A DNA stretch of 64,000 nucleotides, from NCBI GenBank assembly GCA_022605425.2, contig CM061256.1, forward strand, positions 612,573-676,572, written 5' to 3'. Source of the stretch: Hamiltosporidium tvaerminnensis FI-OER-3-3 (lineage: Eukaryota > Fungi > Microsporidia). Made by a program: the position numbers and the translations under genes. Of the stretch, positions 38,400-51,130 are shown one piece after another (the first letter of the stretch is position 1; every line of letters starts with the position of its first letter). The notes under the pieces were generated by a model. The model was not told the origin of the DNA, ran no database searches, and worked only from the letters and a program-made list of their open reading frames with translations.

Positions 38400-39760
38400 T
38401 AAATTCGTTTTATTCTGAGCTGACTTATCTGATTCAGGGTAAAAAAACTACAAAGAGACTATGACTACAAGATTATAACTTTCATGATAAAAAAATGTGC
38501 AGCAAAAGCAGTAGAGTTCGAATAAAGAAGCGATGGCTATATGCAAATAATCCATTAACCGCTTTAAAAAGAGTGCAGAAAGCAAACAAGCAGGGTTTTC
38601 CAATGTCGTTCTCAATAATCAGTTTGGCAATAACTCGAGGGTCACGTGTAGCAATAAGAATAAGAATACACTTACTATTCAATATATATTGTTTATTCGA
38701 GCGATTCATGCAAACCCCAAATTCTCCAATAGTGATCTCGAAAAATTTTAGAGACAATAAATCAAAATAAAAAGTTGATATTTCAAAAGACCTGCAATTC
38801 AATATAATCAGATTGAAAGACAACATCCCAAAGAAAGCTTGTCATAATTTGTGCAATGTATAAATATTTAAGGTAAAAACCGAACAAGTATTAGACTAGA
38901 GCCAAAATACATAATGATGCAGTATCTCACGCCATTAGAATATCTATTGGTTCTTAATAATTTCGCTCTCTATTGTCAGCATGTAAACGTTAATATTATG
39001 ATTTATAACGTGAAATGGGCTTAAAGTTAATGATTTAGAGAAAACAAAGCTATTATGTCAAATTAGTTACCTTTGCCTGATATAATATGCTCTAAAATAC
39101 TTCGGCATTTATAGATATTAGAAAAACCATAACAATACTAGAGGTAATTAGAAAAGTAGTTCATTCGAAGAGATAAAGCAGATAAATCTATTTGCCAAAA
39201 ATCTTTATCCTATTAGATAAAATGAAAAATTTTCACTCGCCATAAATCAACATTAGAAATTGTTTCACACCTATTCAAAATAGTATTTTGAATAAGACCA
39301 GCTGGCTTCTCAAATTAGATAATGTAGTGCCTGAAGTGTTTTCAAAAAATAAGAACCTCTAGACAATAAATAAAACCCGATTATAAATCCCAAAAAACTA
39401 TGATCTAGTATAAATAAATCTAAGTCCTAAACTAAAATATGCCCCATATCTCTTGAATTTTTGTATAAAAAGAATTATTAGTCTAAGATAAGCGATTTCA
39501 TAAACTTAGAATAACGATAAACCCATTTTTCACAAATTAAAGCTTCTAAAAAGTATAATATAGTTAAGAAGAAAAGTACACTAAGAAAAATCCAGAGAAA
39601 CATAACTTGCAAAATTATATAACGAAATAGAAAAAAAGTCAAGCAATGTTATTAAAGGCAACTAATCCCAAGCTAAAAGTGTTAGTGATCAGCCACAAGG
39701 CTAAAAAGAAGAATATTAGGCAAAATGATACAGGAGTGTTTGCTATATCCAGGATATTTT
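38400..39760 (+). mobile_element. Highly degenerate relic of the R4-like element (RT to pre-knuckle region)
   Basis: Colinear DNA similarity to ~3630-5025 (e.g. tgactaca, gtgcag..agc..agcagg, aacttgcaaaattatataacgaaatagaaaa, gctatatccaggata). Confidence 0.7.
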
Positions 39761-39769
39761 TATCTAATA

Positions 39770-40045
39770 AAATTCGGATTAAAACTTCTTTATGACTGTT
39801 ATAAATTCCCCTCTACCTCTTTAACCACCAAAGTTCCGTATTTTGAATCTGACACGTTTATAATTATCTTCGATTCCTCTAATAAGGTTCTTCCTTCTGA
39901 AATAAATTGTTGAATCTTTTTGTTTTTCATTGTACAACACAATATTGATCGTTAATTCCGGTTTTAGAAGTTTTATTAGTTCCACGTGCATTTAGACTCT
40001 ATCAAAAATACCAATTGACGCACCTTTCAGCTCTCTACGGCATTT
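39770..40045 (-). mobile_element. Inverted 3'-terminal relic of the R4-like element
   Basis: Reverse complement matches 5640-5900 (gccgtagagagctg..gcgtcaattggt..). Confidence 0.6.
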
Positions 40046-43000
40046 TGTTCCATTGAATTTAGGTATAAAATTTTCAAAAAAGATTATTGAAAAGGTGAAA
40101 AAAGCAAAAATTATATCCGCAAAATAATTTATTTATGTTTTTATAATAAGTAATATTAAGTTATTCATTTCCAAAAACTAGATCGTAATAAATATATTAT
40201 ATATGCCTTATATAAGCTTAAATCAGTTGTATCAAAGAAAAATTGCCGAAACTATATATGTATTATGTTTAAAATAACAAAATTGATTTTACATGAAAGA
40301 AACAGAGAAAAAAAACAGAGTATTATAACAAAAAGATTACAAATATCTTAAATAAATGCCAATTAATGTCTATTTTATACATACAAGAACAGATTTCAAT
40401 CATCTTGAAATTAATATATTCCAAATAAAATTTCTTAGCTAATGATTATGTTCTTTTATACTACAGCATTCTTAAGAACTTCAGTAGCAATTAGAAATTA
40501 TATTCAATATACTAAAATTTAATTTAAATTTATTTCTTTCGATTAATTACCCTTTTTTTTTTAATTTGTTTACTATTTTATTAGATTTTGATTCTATATA
40601 TCTTTTAAAATAAATATCAAGCAATTATAATAAAATGAGCTTTTTTTATAACAAATTATAATTTTTACTGTACTTTAAGGCAAAAATTCTCTAATTTCTT
40701 CTGTTTAGCAAAGAGTCCTAAAGAGAAGTTCTTTAAATAAATCTAGACTAATTGCAAGAAAATTGAAATTTAACATAAATTTACAAACACTATAAGCTGC
40801 TAAAGATTACCATTACTAAATATCCGAGTTTTAATGAAGATATTTAAAATCAAAAAAGCCTAAAGTATCTCTAAAGCTTTTTCAGACAACGTATAACAAT
40901 CTTTTTGTTTCCTAAAAAAAATATATTTTTTAAAAAGGTAGAAATGTGCTAATAAATTGTACTAAGATGATTCAAAAATATTTAAACACTGCTTTCTATA
41001 ACCTAACCTCATAATTTTTATTCGAAACTAGCTACAACGTTATTATTGTAAAATATGTAAAAATCGACCATAATTGATTTTAATCAATTCTTTGTCTACA
41101 CAAATAAAAAAGAAATTTATTTCTCAACAAAAATTTAATTTAATATATAATTAATATTTTTATTGAAAAACACACGAAACCCATATTTAAAATATCTTCA
41201 GTATAAAAATATTTCGATCTTAATTTTTTTTCAATTTAGAGCCATTTTTTTCCCTATAATTTAAAACACGATAACATGTCAATTTCTCCTCCCAACATAT
41301 TTCATAAAAATAAAAAAACTAAAAGACCAATAAAAAGCTAGTTCAAATAAATATTTTTATTTGAGAAAAATGTATTTAGATGAGAAACCAAAGTAATATA
41401 CTCTGCTACCACCAACTTGTATAAATATATCACGTAGTCTGAAAAAAAAATATTGTTTAAAAGTTCGTATATGAATGAATCGAACTTGACACCATCATTC
41501 AAAATTTATAGAATATTAAAACAGAATATCAAGCTTTACACATTCAATCACAACTCGAGCACCAGAAAAAACATTCACACACCTTTAAATCACCGTCAAA
41601 GATTAATAAACCACTGTTTGATTCGCTAATCGCAAGCAGCCTTGTTGCGCTATCGTGTTTTATAAAAAAATTCTTCTTATTACCGAAATAAAACTATCGA
41701 TTTGTCGTTTTAGTTTGTACTTTGTATGTTGGTAGTCAGTAAAACCAATATATATTTGACCGATCTTCTCATTGAGATTTCTGTCAATAAGTTATTTGAA
41801 TTATTGTTGTAAAAGACAAATGGTGGTTTGTAACTCATTTTTTTAGATTAGCCCTTTAAATCTTTTAATATGGCTATAATTTCTTTTGATTTAACCTGAT
41901 TGTTTTTAATCCCAAACATAACATTATCTAAATAGAATATAACCCTAGAAAAGCACATGAAACTTATAGTTATTCAAAAAAGCATAAGGCTTTAGCAATA
42001 AACCGAATCGAAAGCTTAAATTATATGATAAGAAGTCAAGATATATATCAAATAAAAAACTTTTAAACCCAATCTACATTATATAATAAATTACATAAAG
42101 ATGTTCTGTGTATAGCTTCTTGTAGTATACATGCTCTAAGTATGAGTTTTATCCAAAAATTATAGTTGCTCCATATTAGAGCCAATTACCGTAAAGCGTT
42201 TGTAAAAAAGTACATTAATCTGGTGAGGTTAACTCAAAATTTTCCAAGAGCATCAATATCTTATTCTGAATGATTCAAAATTATACATGATTCAATGAAT
42301 TTTATCCATTTCGCTTCGAGCCATTTCATAACAAAGCAAATGGTCTTATATGTAATTTTATAAAACAAATCAGTCAAATTAGCTCCAATATAGTAAACAC
42401 AATGCAAATATTTGTGCTAATCTTTTATGAGAAAAAATGGCATTGATTCCATTGTTTTTTCGATCAGGTGGTACCTTTCAACATGAAGAGAGCTATTTTA
42501 AGTGCATTTCAAGACATATCTGATAGTATTTTGTTAACATTTCCGTAGAGTAAAACCACACATATATATACCTTTTTTAATCTTGTCTGGCTTTCTTTTA
42601 AGTACATATAAAATATGTAAATGAGCCTAATATTATTAAAAATTATAATTAATCTACTACTCGTCAACCATAATATTAAATTTCAATTGTATTACGTGAA
42701 TGATCTCTACCATTCCGCCTTTGATTTTGCTAATTCAGTAGTTCATTAAAATATTTCGATATTTAAAGTTTTTAATACACGTTAAGCTATGCATCCCAGT
42801 TGCTTTCTAGCTCTCATTCTTTACAAGCCTACATTCACATTCTATTGCTAAACCTGAATTTATAAATACCTAGTCCTCAAAAAAAATATTAAGTACAAAA
42901 AACAATGCTAATATTTCCTATAATATATTTTAAAGATTTGTCTTATATTATACAAAATAAGCGTGCCTAACCGCATAGAAATATTTTCCAATCAATCTAT

Positions 43001-43320
43001 ACCCAAATTATAGAAAATTTAATTTGAAAAATTGCATATGCGTATAAAATCTATAGTTGCAGAACTTTTAATGGATTTATATTTAGCTAAGCGCTCAGTT
43101 TAAAAACAAATTACAATAAATTGTAAAATCTATGTAGACATAAGTGTATACAATAAGTATTTTAGTGAAAAAGACGATCACATTTATCTAAATAGAAATT
43201 ACCTTATAAGAAACATAAACACCATTTGAGTATTCTGTACAGTTTTGGAAATAGCTATGAAACCAACTGAAAGCCATTTGATTTTAGAGATAAAGACTCA
43301 AGATAAGGTAAAGGGTTAGG

Positions 43321-46300
43321 AAGAAAGAATTTTATTTGTATAGTTCTAAAATTAAATAATCAGTTGAGATTTTTGGTATGAAAACAAAACCTAATTTAAG
43401 CAAATCAGGTAAATTAGTTTAAACAAAAATTTCTCAAATGATTAATAATTTCACATCTACCACTCACTAGAATACGAAACATCACTATTACACCGCCTCT
43501 TACAATATTTTTTGCATTCTTGGTGTTATTAATAGTACAAGCAAATTTAAAATACATTTCTTGTAAAAATAAGCACCCCCTCTCCTAATATTCATTTGCT
43601 CATTCGGGTAAATTAATTTAAAATATTTTTTTTCATCTGTAAAATTATATAAATAAGGCAGTAACGTCCCAGTGGGCTCCCCGCCTCGCCATTAGTGATA
43701 CGTTAGTAAATAGTTAGACCAATTTAATATTTTTGTGTTTTATTGTGTTTGGCCTGTGTTTGATCTTTGAAAGTCTGTTAAAATGATGTCAAGATTATCT
43801 TTTTCATGTATTGGACTGATAATTTCAAGAATGATTGAAAAACTGTTTTGTGTTTGTGCATTAAAATTGTAATTTTTGAGGATTTCATAATCCGAAAATA
43901 AGTTCTAGTTAATTTTTAAGTTTTTCTTTTTAAGTTTTTCATATCTTTTTTTGAAATTATCAGCTGTGAATTTTTGAATATTTTCCTAAGATTGTGTTTT
44001 AAATTCTTGATATTCTTTGTGTTATCTAAGTTCAAAAGTTTCTTGACAATTGTGTGTTTTAAGTTTTTAAACTTTGGGGCAATAGAAAATCTAGGTCTAT
44101 TTGATCGTCGAGTCCAATTTTCTATAGGGAATAGAGCATAGATAATTTTGGACGGTGTTTTAAAGAAGATTCTGAAGAGGTATTTGATAATTCCTTTTTG
44201 AATTCTATCAGCGGCCCCAAGGAAAGTTTTTTACAACCAAAATTCCTGTATGATAATCCAAATGAGGTCTTACATATGATTTAAATGCTCTCAACTTAAA
44301 CTTGTATTTGTTTTCTGAATTGAAATATCTTGTGAGCTTCATATTTTTGTTTATAATAGCAGTTGCTCTTATCGTTTTTTCTCTAATAATTTTAAGAGTT
44401 TTCCTAGTATCCACACATCTGTTATTAAAGTAAAATCCCAAATACTTTAAAGGATTTTGTCTTGTTATTTGTGGTTATATATAGAAATATTTATCTCTTT
44501 GCCAGAATTATAGTAGGATTTGTGTGGATTGAATACATAATTGTTGTGTTTGGCATGTTTACATCACACTTTATCATTTTTCTTACATGATTAATACTCT
44601 CAGAAAATAAAACAATATCATCTGCATATAGAAGAATATTTTTTCTCATAATTTTTTGTATAAAATGTATGATATCGTTAATGAAAATATTGAATAAACT
44701 CGGTGAAAGTATGCTTCCTTGAGGTAAACCAAGGGAAGCTGTTTTAATTTGACTTCTTTCTTTAGAGTTAGAGATCATATATTGGTTGTTTTCTATTGAT
44801 CCGGAATTAGAGTTGTGTCTTTTAGGGATAAGTTTTGATTTGACAACATTTTATGATACAATTCGGATCGATTAACGCTATCATAAGCTTTTATGAAGTC
44901 CAGTGTTACACATATAAGAGATCCATTTCCATGTCTTAATTCTGTTTCCAGAACCATAGCGTTATTGAGAGTAGAATATCCTGGTTTTAAACCAGATTGT
45001 TGTTTGTGAATTTTGAGATTTATTTGTGATAAAATTAATTCTTCAAATAATTTTCTGGTTTTTTCGATTGAAAAATTAGGTCTAAAATCATCAGTATCTT
45101 TAGGAATAGGAATTATTTTGTGAATTTTTCAAGAATCTGGTATCGTTTGTTCAATTATTATAAAATTATAAAGATTGTCAATTCTTGTGTAAAATTTAAA
45201 GGTAAAATTTTAGAAATTCATTTCTGATTCCAGAAATTCCACCAGATTTTCCCGTTTTTAAAGTTGCAATCTTTCCTATTACTTCGTTAGTTGTAAACCC
45301 GTTGATCTTATCTTCCAAATTAAAGTTTCTGTTGTTTTGTCGCTTGTTGTAAAAGTCAGTTATGTTTTCGACAGTTTTATCTGGGTTTATCAAGGGTCCG
45401 TCAAGTATAAATTTATTAATTAATTCATTCAAATTTGGGTTAATTTTTGATATTGGCAAACCATGGAACTTAATTACCTTCATAAACTCAGATGTATTTA
45501 ACCCGATATGATTTGGTTCTGAATTCGGAACATCTTTTTTATCAAATCTTTTCTTTAAAATTTTGATATCTTTTCCTAATTCATTGTGTAAATCTACGTT
45601 AGTGTGTCTAGCTTCTTAACATCATACCCTTAAGCTCTGGATTATAGGGGGAATTGCTTCAGCTCTACATGTTCTTATCTCAATTCTTTTCATAGTATAG
45701 CTTATAATATTGTGTAAAAATTTACAACATTTATTAATGCATATGTAATCTATGATAAAATATTTTTTTTTCTATATGGTTATGTATCTGTTTTGTAAGT
45801 GTATCTACTAAATCTTTATTTTTTAGTAGATTTAATTTGTATTTCGGCTTCTTAGTTTCACACAGTGCAATAGTATCAACAAGAGTTAGTTTATCGTTAA
45901 ATTCTTAGAGAAATTCATTTTAATTAAAATAAAGTAATTTGTAAATACTTTATCAGCTGTTGAAGATTTTGTGTTATGACAAACGTTGTAAAATTTAAGT
46001 TAATTTCATAAAGTCCGTATTACAGGTGATTATCAAGAATTTCTTGTTCAAGCGCCGGTTTTTGTTCTAAGTTGTAGTCTCCCATAATTAGTGTGTTTAG
46101 ATATTTGTAATTTATCAGATTTTGTTGTAGAATTTCAACTTTATTTGAAGAATTATTCCTTAGCTAAAGATAAATAAATTATATATGTGTTTTATTGTTA
46201 TTCCACTTTCCGTTATGTTGTCAATTTTTGTTAGGGTTAGATTTTTCGTAATCAGTATGATGGTTCCTTTTTTACGAGAGAATATGTAATCTACTCTTAT

Positions 46301-47513
46301 AGAAAGTTTAACAGCAGCGATTGCATACTTTTTTGAAATAGGTGTAAAAGTATCTCTCCACGTCTCAACCAAAGCAAGAATATCAAAGGTGTTTTTATCA
46401 AGAATTTCGTTAATCTTTTTAATTTTCAGATCAGATAGGCCGCCCACATGTAATGAAGCCTCTTTTCTTTACCATAATAATAAGAATGTGAGAGGAATCC
46501 CGGTATCTAGTCTTTACTAAACTTGTTGGTCTCAGGTTTAGAATTTCTCAGGATATCGAGCAGTATGGATTCCTTAGTAGTTATGTTTACTGCAGAATTT
46601 TTACATTTTATGTCAATGTTTTGTTCCTCTTTAAATCTTAAATCAGTTTTTGAGGTTGTTTTTTCATTATTTAATTTACCTTTTTGGTGTAATTTTCGTA
46701 AATTTATGAATTGTTTTGTTGAAAATTTTAAGATTAATTTTCTTGTTACATCTTTTATCTTTCTTATTAATATTTCAATAAATGTTTCCGCGTTTATGAA
46801 GTTCAGATTGTTGATGTAATTTTTGTGAGAATTTGATTTGTAAGAAATTGTCAATTTACCTTTTTTTTTATAAATTTGTTAAAATTTTTAAAAAATAGTT
46901 TCTATTAAATAAAGGTGTTTTGTCGGATTCGTAGGTAAAAGTTTTTTCATTTATGATTATGAAATTCCTCAAATATTTGTGTTTATGTTTAGGTCTCGTG
47001 CCTTTTTTGTGATCTAGTTCAGATTTTATGAATCTTTCGTTATTGACGTTCATGGCTGATGTTATGTTATTAACATGTTTGTGTGTTTTCTTCAATTTTT
47101 TGTTTTCAGATTTTGAAAATTTATATTTTCCAAATTTTTTGTGTTGGTTAGACAAAATATCTTCGGTGTCAATCACTGTTTTGTAATTAAAGTAATTAAT
47201 CTAATGTTTATGTGTTCCGAGGTTGTTAATTTTTGTTTTATCTCGGTTGGAGATAAAGTTAAAATTATTTTTTGTAATTTTTTCTGAATTTTCTGTCCAG
47301 GTAAGACATTTATGTTCTGATTTACTTTTTTTTGACTGAAATTATTTTGTCGAACAAATGTTGGTACGCATTCAAGACATTCTATATATCGTTGATTTCT
47401 TATTTTTGAATTATCCAAGAGTAAGTCTGATTGTATGTCTGTTGTTTTTGTTTTGTAATGTGTTCTTGTTCTAATGAAAAGTCAACCAAGTCTGAATAGG
47501 AAGAAATTGCCAT
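43321..47513 (-). mobile_element. Telomere-repeat-associated non-LTR retrotransposon A (full-length, ORF1 + APE-RT ORF2, pseudogenised)
   Basis: APE motifs DILALVETW and GDYN. RT motifs GKSGGISGIRNEFLK, LGLPQGSILSP, LLYADD, YVRPHLDY. 3' end abuts AGGGTTAGG (43312-43320). ORF1 ATG (47513) abuts GGGTTAGG (47514-47521). Many frameshifts and stops. Confidence 0.9.
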
Positions 47514-47521
47514 GGGTTAGG

Positions 47522-49815
47522 AAGAAAGAATTTTATTTATATAGTTTTAAAATTAATTTATCAGTTGGGATTTTAGGTATTAAAACAAAACCTAATTTAG
47601 GCAAATCTTTTTTTTTTTAAAAGGCACAAATTTATTTTAATATTTGAAGCACTAACTCCTCCTACTTTGTAATAATATATTCTTATTAAATTTCTCTTCA
47701 ATCAAATGAATAGTTTCTTCTGGAAACTTTCAATTATTGTATAATATTTCAGTCCAAAGTAACCTTCATTAAAAAACAAAAATTTTATCCAACGGTAGGC
47801 CTTTCCCTGTATATCACATGATATAAATAGGACATCTTCAATCTTCTTATAATTTGCAATAAATATCAAATCTTTTTCTGATATATTTATTTTCTCTAAC
47901 TCATTCTTTTTATTTTATATTCTTGTGAGGCACAAAATAATTCTGAAAAACTAATATTTTGAAAATAAATTCTAAGAATATGAATTTCTTTTAGATTCAA
48001 TAAATTACTAAATGCTTCTACATCTAAATTATCAATAAAAATTGCACACCTGTAAATCCTTTAGACTGCTTAGATCATAGTTTTGAAATAAAAACTTTAT
48101 GGAATCTATAACATATTCAGAATCCGAAATATCTTTATTCGTGGCTTTAAAATATAATTTCTATTATTTTCTGAAAGTTTTACGAAATCAATCATTTGAT
48201 TAATATTCCAAAGACGCAACTCTTTAATATAGAAAATTTGATCTACCGAACGGTTTAATTTTATAGTATTTGCTTTCTCAAAGTATATTTCTTGAAGACC
48301 CATCATAGGAGCAAATAATTATATTTATATATTTTTAAAGGTAATTAATCATCATGATATTTGATTAATGATTTTCCAGAAAAGGCAAATTGGATAAATT
48401 AATACAAACAAAAAATCATGATGATCATTTACTCTCATCCAACACTTTCTTAAAAATAACACTAATAAAAATTCACCCGCCTCTCATATAAATAGTTTCG
48501 CTCATCTGGGTTTTTATAATTGAAAATAACACCACCTCTACTATTTTCTTTTGCTTTTTTGGGATTTTAAGTATTAGAAAATTAGGCATTTTCGTACTCT
48601 GTATTAAAAATATCTAAATAAGGCGGTAATGTCCCATTCGGGCTCCTCGCCTTTGCGTTGGTGATAAGTTTTTGAACAGCTAGGCCAATTAACTGTTTTG
48701 TGTTTCAATGTGGGTTGCAGATATCATATCTTTGAAATTCGACGAGTATTTCGTCAAGATTATCTCTTTCATGATGTGGTCCGATAATTTCCAGGATTGT
48801 TGAAAAACTTTATTTTTATTGTGATTTAAAATTGTAAAATTTAAGTATTTCAAAGTCTGAAAATAGCTTTAAGTTAATTCTTAAATTTTCTTTTTTAAAT
48901 TTTTCACATTTTTTCTCGAGTTTATCGGCTTGAAATTGTCTATTTACTTTGTTGACAATTTTTTTAAAATGTTTGACATTTTTTGTGTTATCATTTTGAT
49001 ATAAGTGTTTGACAATTGAATTTTTGAGATTGCTGATTTTTGTTGCAATAGAGAATCTCAGTCTAGTGGATCTTTTAAACCAGTTTTCAATTGGGAAAAT
49101 GGCATACAATAATTTTGAAGGTGTTTTATAATAAATTCTGAATATATATTTTATAAGGTCTTTTTGAATTCTGTCTGCTGCCTCAATAAAAGTCTTGTTA
49201 CAACCTAAAAGTGAAGTGTGATAATCTAGGTGAGGTCTTAAATAGGCTTTGTAGGCTCTCAGTTTGAATTTATACTTGTTTTCAGAATTAAAATATTTTG
49301 TTAGTTTCATAGCCTTGTTAACTATGGCTGTTGCTTTGATTGTTTTTTCTCTAATTATTTTAAGTGTTTTTCATGTATCTACACATCTGTTATTAAAATG
49401 GAATCCCAAATATTTTAAAGGATTTTGTCTTTCAATTTGTGTGTTGTAGATTGATAGGTTAATTTCTTTGCCAGAATTGCAAAAACATTTTTTGGGATTC
49501 AAAATATAGTTGTTAAATTTCGCGTGTTTTGATACACATTTGATCATTTTTCGAATATAATCATATCTTTCAGAAAATATTACTATGTCATCAGCATATA
49601 GAAGTATGTTTTTTCTTATTTCTTCTGGAATAAAGTGAATGATATCGTTTATAAAGACGTTAAAAAGACTTGGTGAAAGTATGCTTCCCTGAGGAAGTCC
49701 CAAGGCTGCTGTTTTGATTTGGCTACATTCCTTAGAATTTGAAATCATATATTTGTTATTTTGAATTAGATTGGCAATAGGTGTTGTATCTTTGAGATAT
49801 AAGTTTTGATTTAAG
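47522..49815 (-). mobile_element. Element B: 5'-truncated copy of the A family (RT C-half plus 3'UTR), interrupted by a retrocopy
   Basis: GLPQGSILSP, LLYADD, LKYLG, YLRPHLDY. 3' terminus near-identical to A's. Truncated within RT and followed by AGGGTAGGGTTAGGGT (49816-49831). Confidence 0.9.
47607..48382 (-). pseudogene. Retroposed fragment of a host mRNA (LRR-like repeat gene family) inserted in element B's 3'UTR
   Basis: Poly(T)11 at the left end (poly(A) on the minus strand), 8-bp direct repeat AGGCAAAT at 47599-47606 and 48383-48390. B's 3'UTR resumes colinear with A after it. Minus-strand reading has LxEIyf / IKELRL / LKEIHI-type repeats. Confidence 0.7.
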
Positions 49816-49831
49816 AGGGTAGGGTTAGGGT

Positions 49832-51130
49832 GAAAAAGAAATGATTTATTTAAATACTTTTAGTAGATCAAAACAGATCTAAACACGTCACAACACAAAA
49901 ACAATTAACTTCTACGCTGATAATCTTGCCCCGCACATCACTAAAAACACCAACTACCTTCACGACTGATATTTTCGCCAGTTTCATTGATAATATCAAT
50001 GTCTCAAATCAATCACATGCATTTTTAATTGTTGTCTTAGCAATTAATTTGATAATCAAAGCAATTATTGGTTTCAAAAAGGGACCAATAATCGTAAAGT
50101 ATAATTTTGGATGGTTCTATACACTTCAATCTATTTTATAAAAGCATTACAAAGGCTACTACGTCCCCTAATGGGGCTCTGTGCCCAACCGTTTCTGCAA
50201 AATCGTATCTGCTAATGTCGACTGGCCAATGTCAACATACTTTTATGGTGGATTTTATTTTTTTGTCGTTCATAAGTTCTAAAATTTCTTCAAACTTTTT
50301 CTTTTTCTTTTCAAAGTTAACTACCTCTAATAGTTTACTTAATCTTTCTTTAGTTTCTGTATTCCAGTTAAAATTTTTTAGGTTTTTAAAATTGTTAAAT
50401 ATTTCTAAGTTCTGTTGTAAATTTTTCTTCTTAGGTTTAGTAATTGTAGCTGAAAATTTTATTGTTGTTCCTTGGACCATCTCTTCATTTATATGTTCAA
50501 AGTAAAGTTTCTTCATGGTTTTAAAGATTTTAGTATTGTTATTTAGGAAGTTCGTGTATAAATTTGTTCTTTTACCATTCAGAATCTTGTGAGTGTTAAT
50601 TAAGCTTAGTCGTCTACTTCTTTGCTTTTTTTTTCTATAGAGAAGATTCCGTAAATGATTTTACTCGGTGTTTTGTAATATATTCCAAAAAGATTTTTAA
50701 TAATTCCTTTTTGGATTCTGTCGCAATCTTCAGTGAAAGTTTTGTTTAGACCAAGAAGTGTAATAGGGTAATCTATATGTGGTCTTACATATGATATGTA
50801 GCCACGTAGCATGTATCTAAAAATGTCACCCGAGTTATTAAATATATTCTTTCTTACAGCACTTTTTAAAATCGCTGTAGCTTTTAGGGCATTTGTTCTA
50901 GCTATTTTAAGATTTTTCTTTGTATCTGCGCATTTCAAATTGAAATAATAGCCTAGGTATTTGATTGGCGATTGTTTAACTATTTCTATATTATTAACTC
51001 TAATTTCAATCGTAATATTTGTGTTATAAAAACATTTTTTCGCGTTTAACAGATAGCTATTGTATTTGGCGTGTCTTTCTATGTTAGCTATCATTTCATG
51101 GATTTCATCTATTCTGTTCGAAAATATCAA
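49832..51130 (-). mobile_element. Element C: 5'-truncated, diverged lineage of the same retroelement group
   Basis: IKYLGYYFN, YVRPHIDY, DRIQKGII. Truncated just after the YADD position. Bounded by telomeric remnants at 49816-49831 and 51130-51138. Carries the shared 3'UTR hairpin. Confidence 0.88.

Noticed and set aside
38400-40045. Twin-priming 5' inversion of the R4-like element
   Set aside because: The 3' end faces inward (tail-to-tail), which is not twin-priming geometry. More likely two independent relics.
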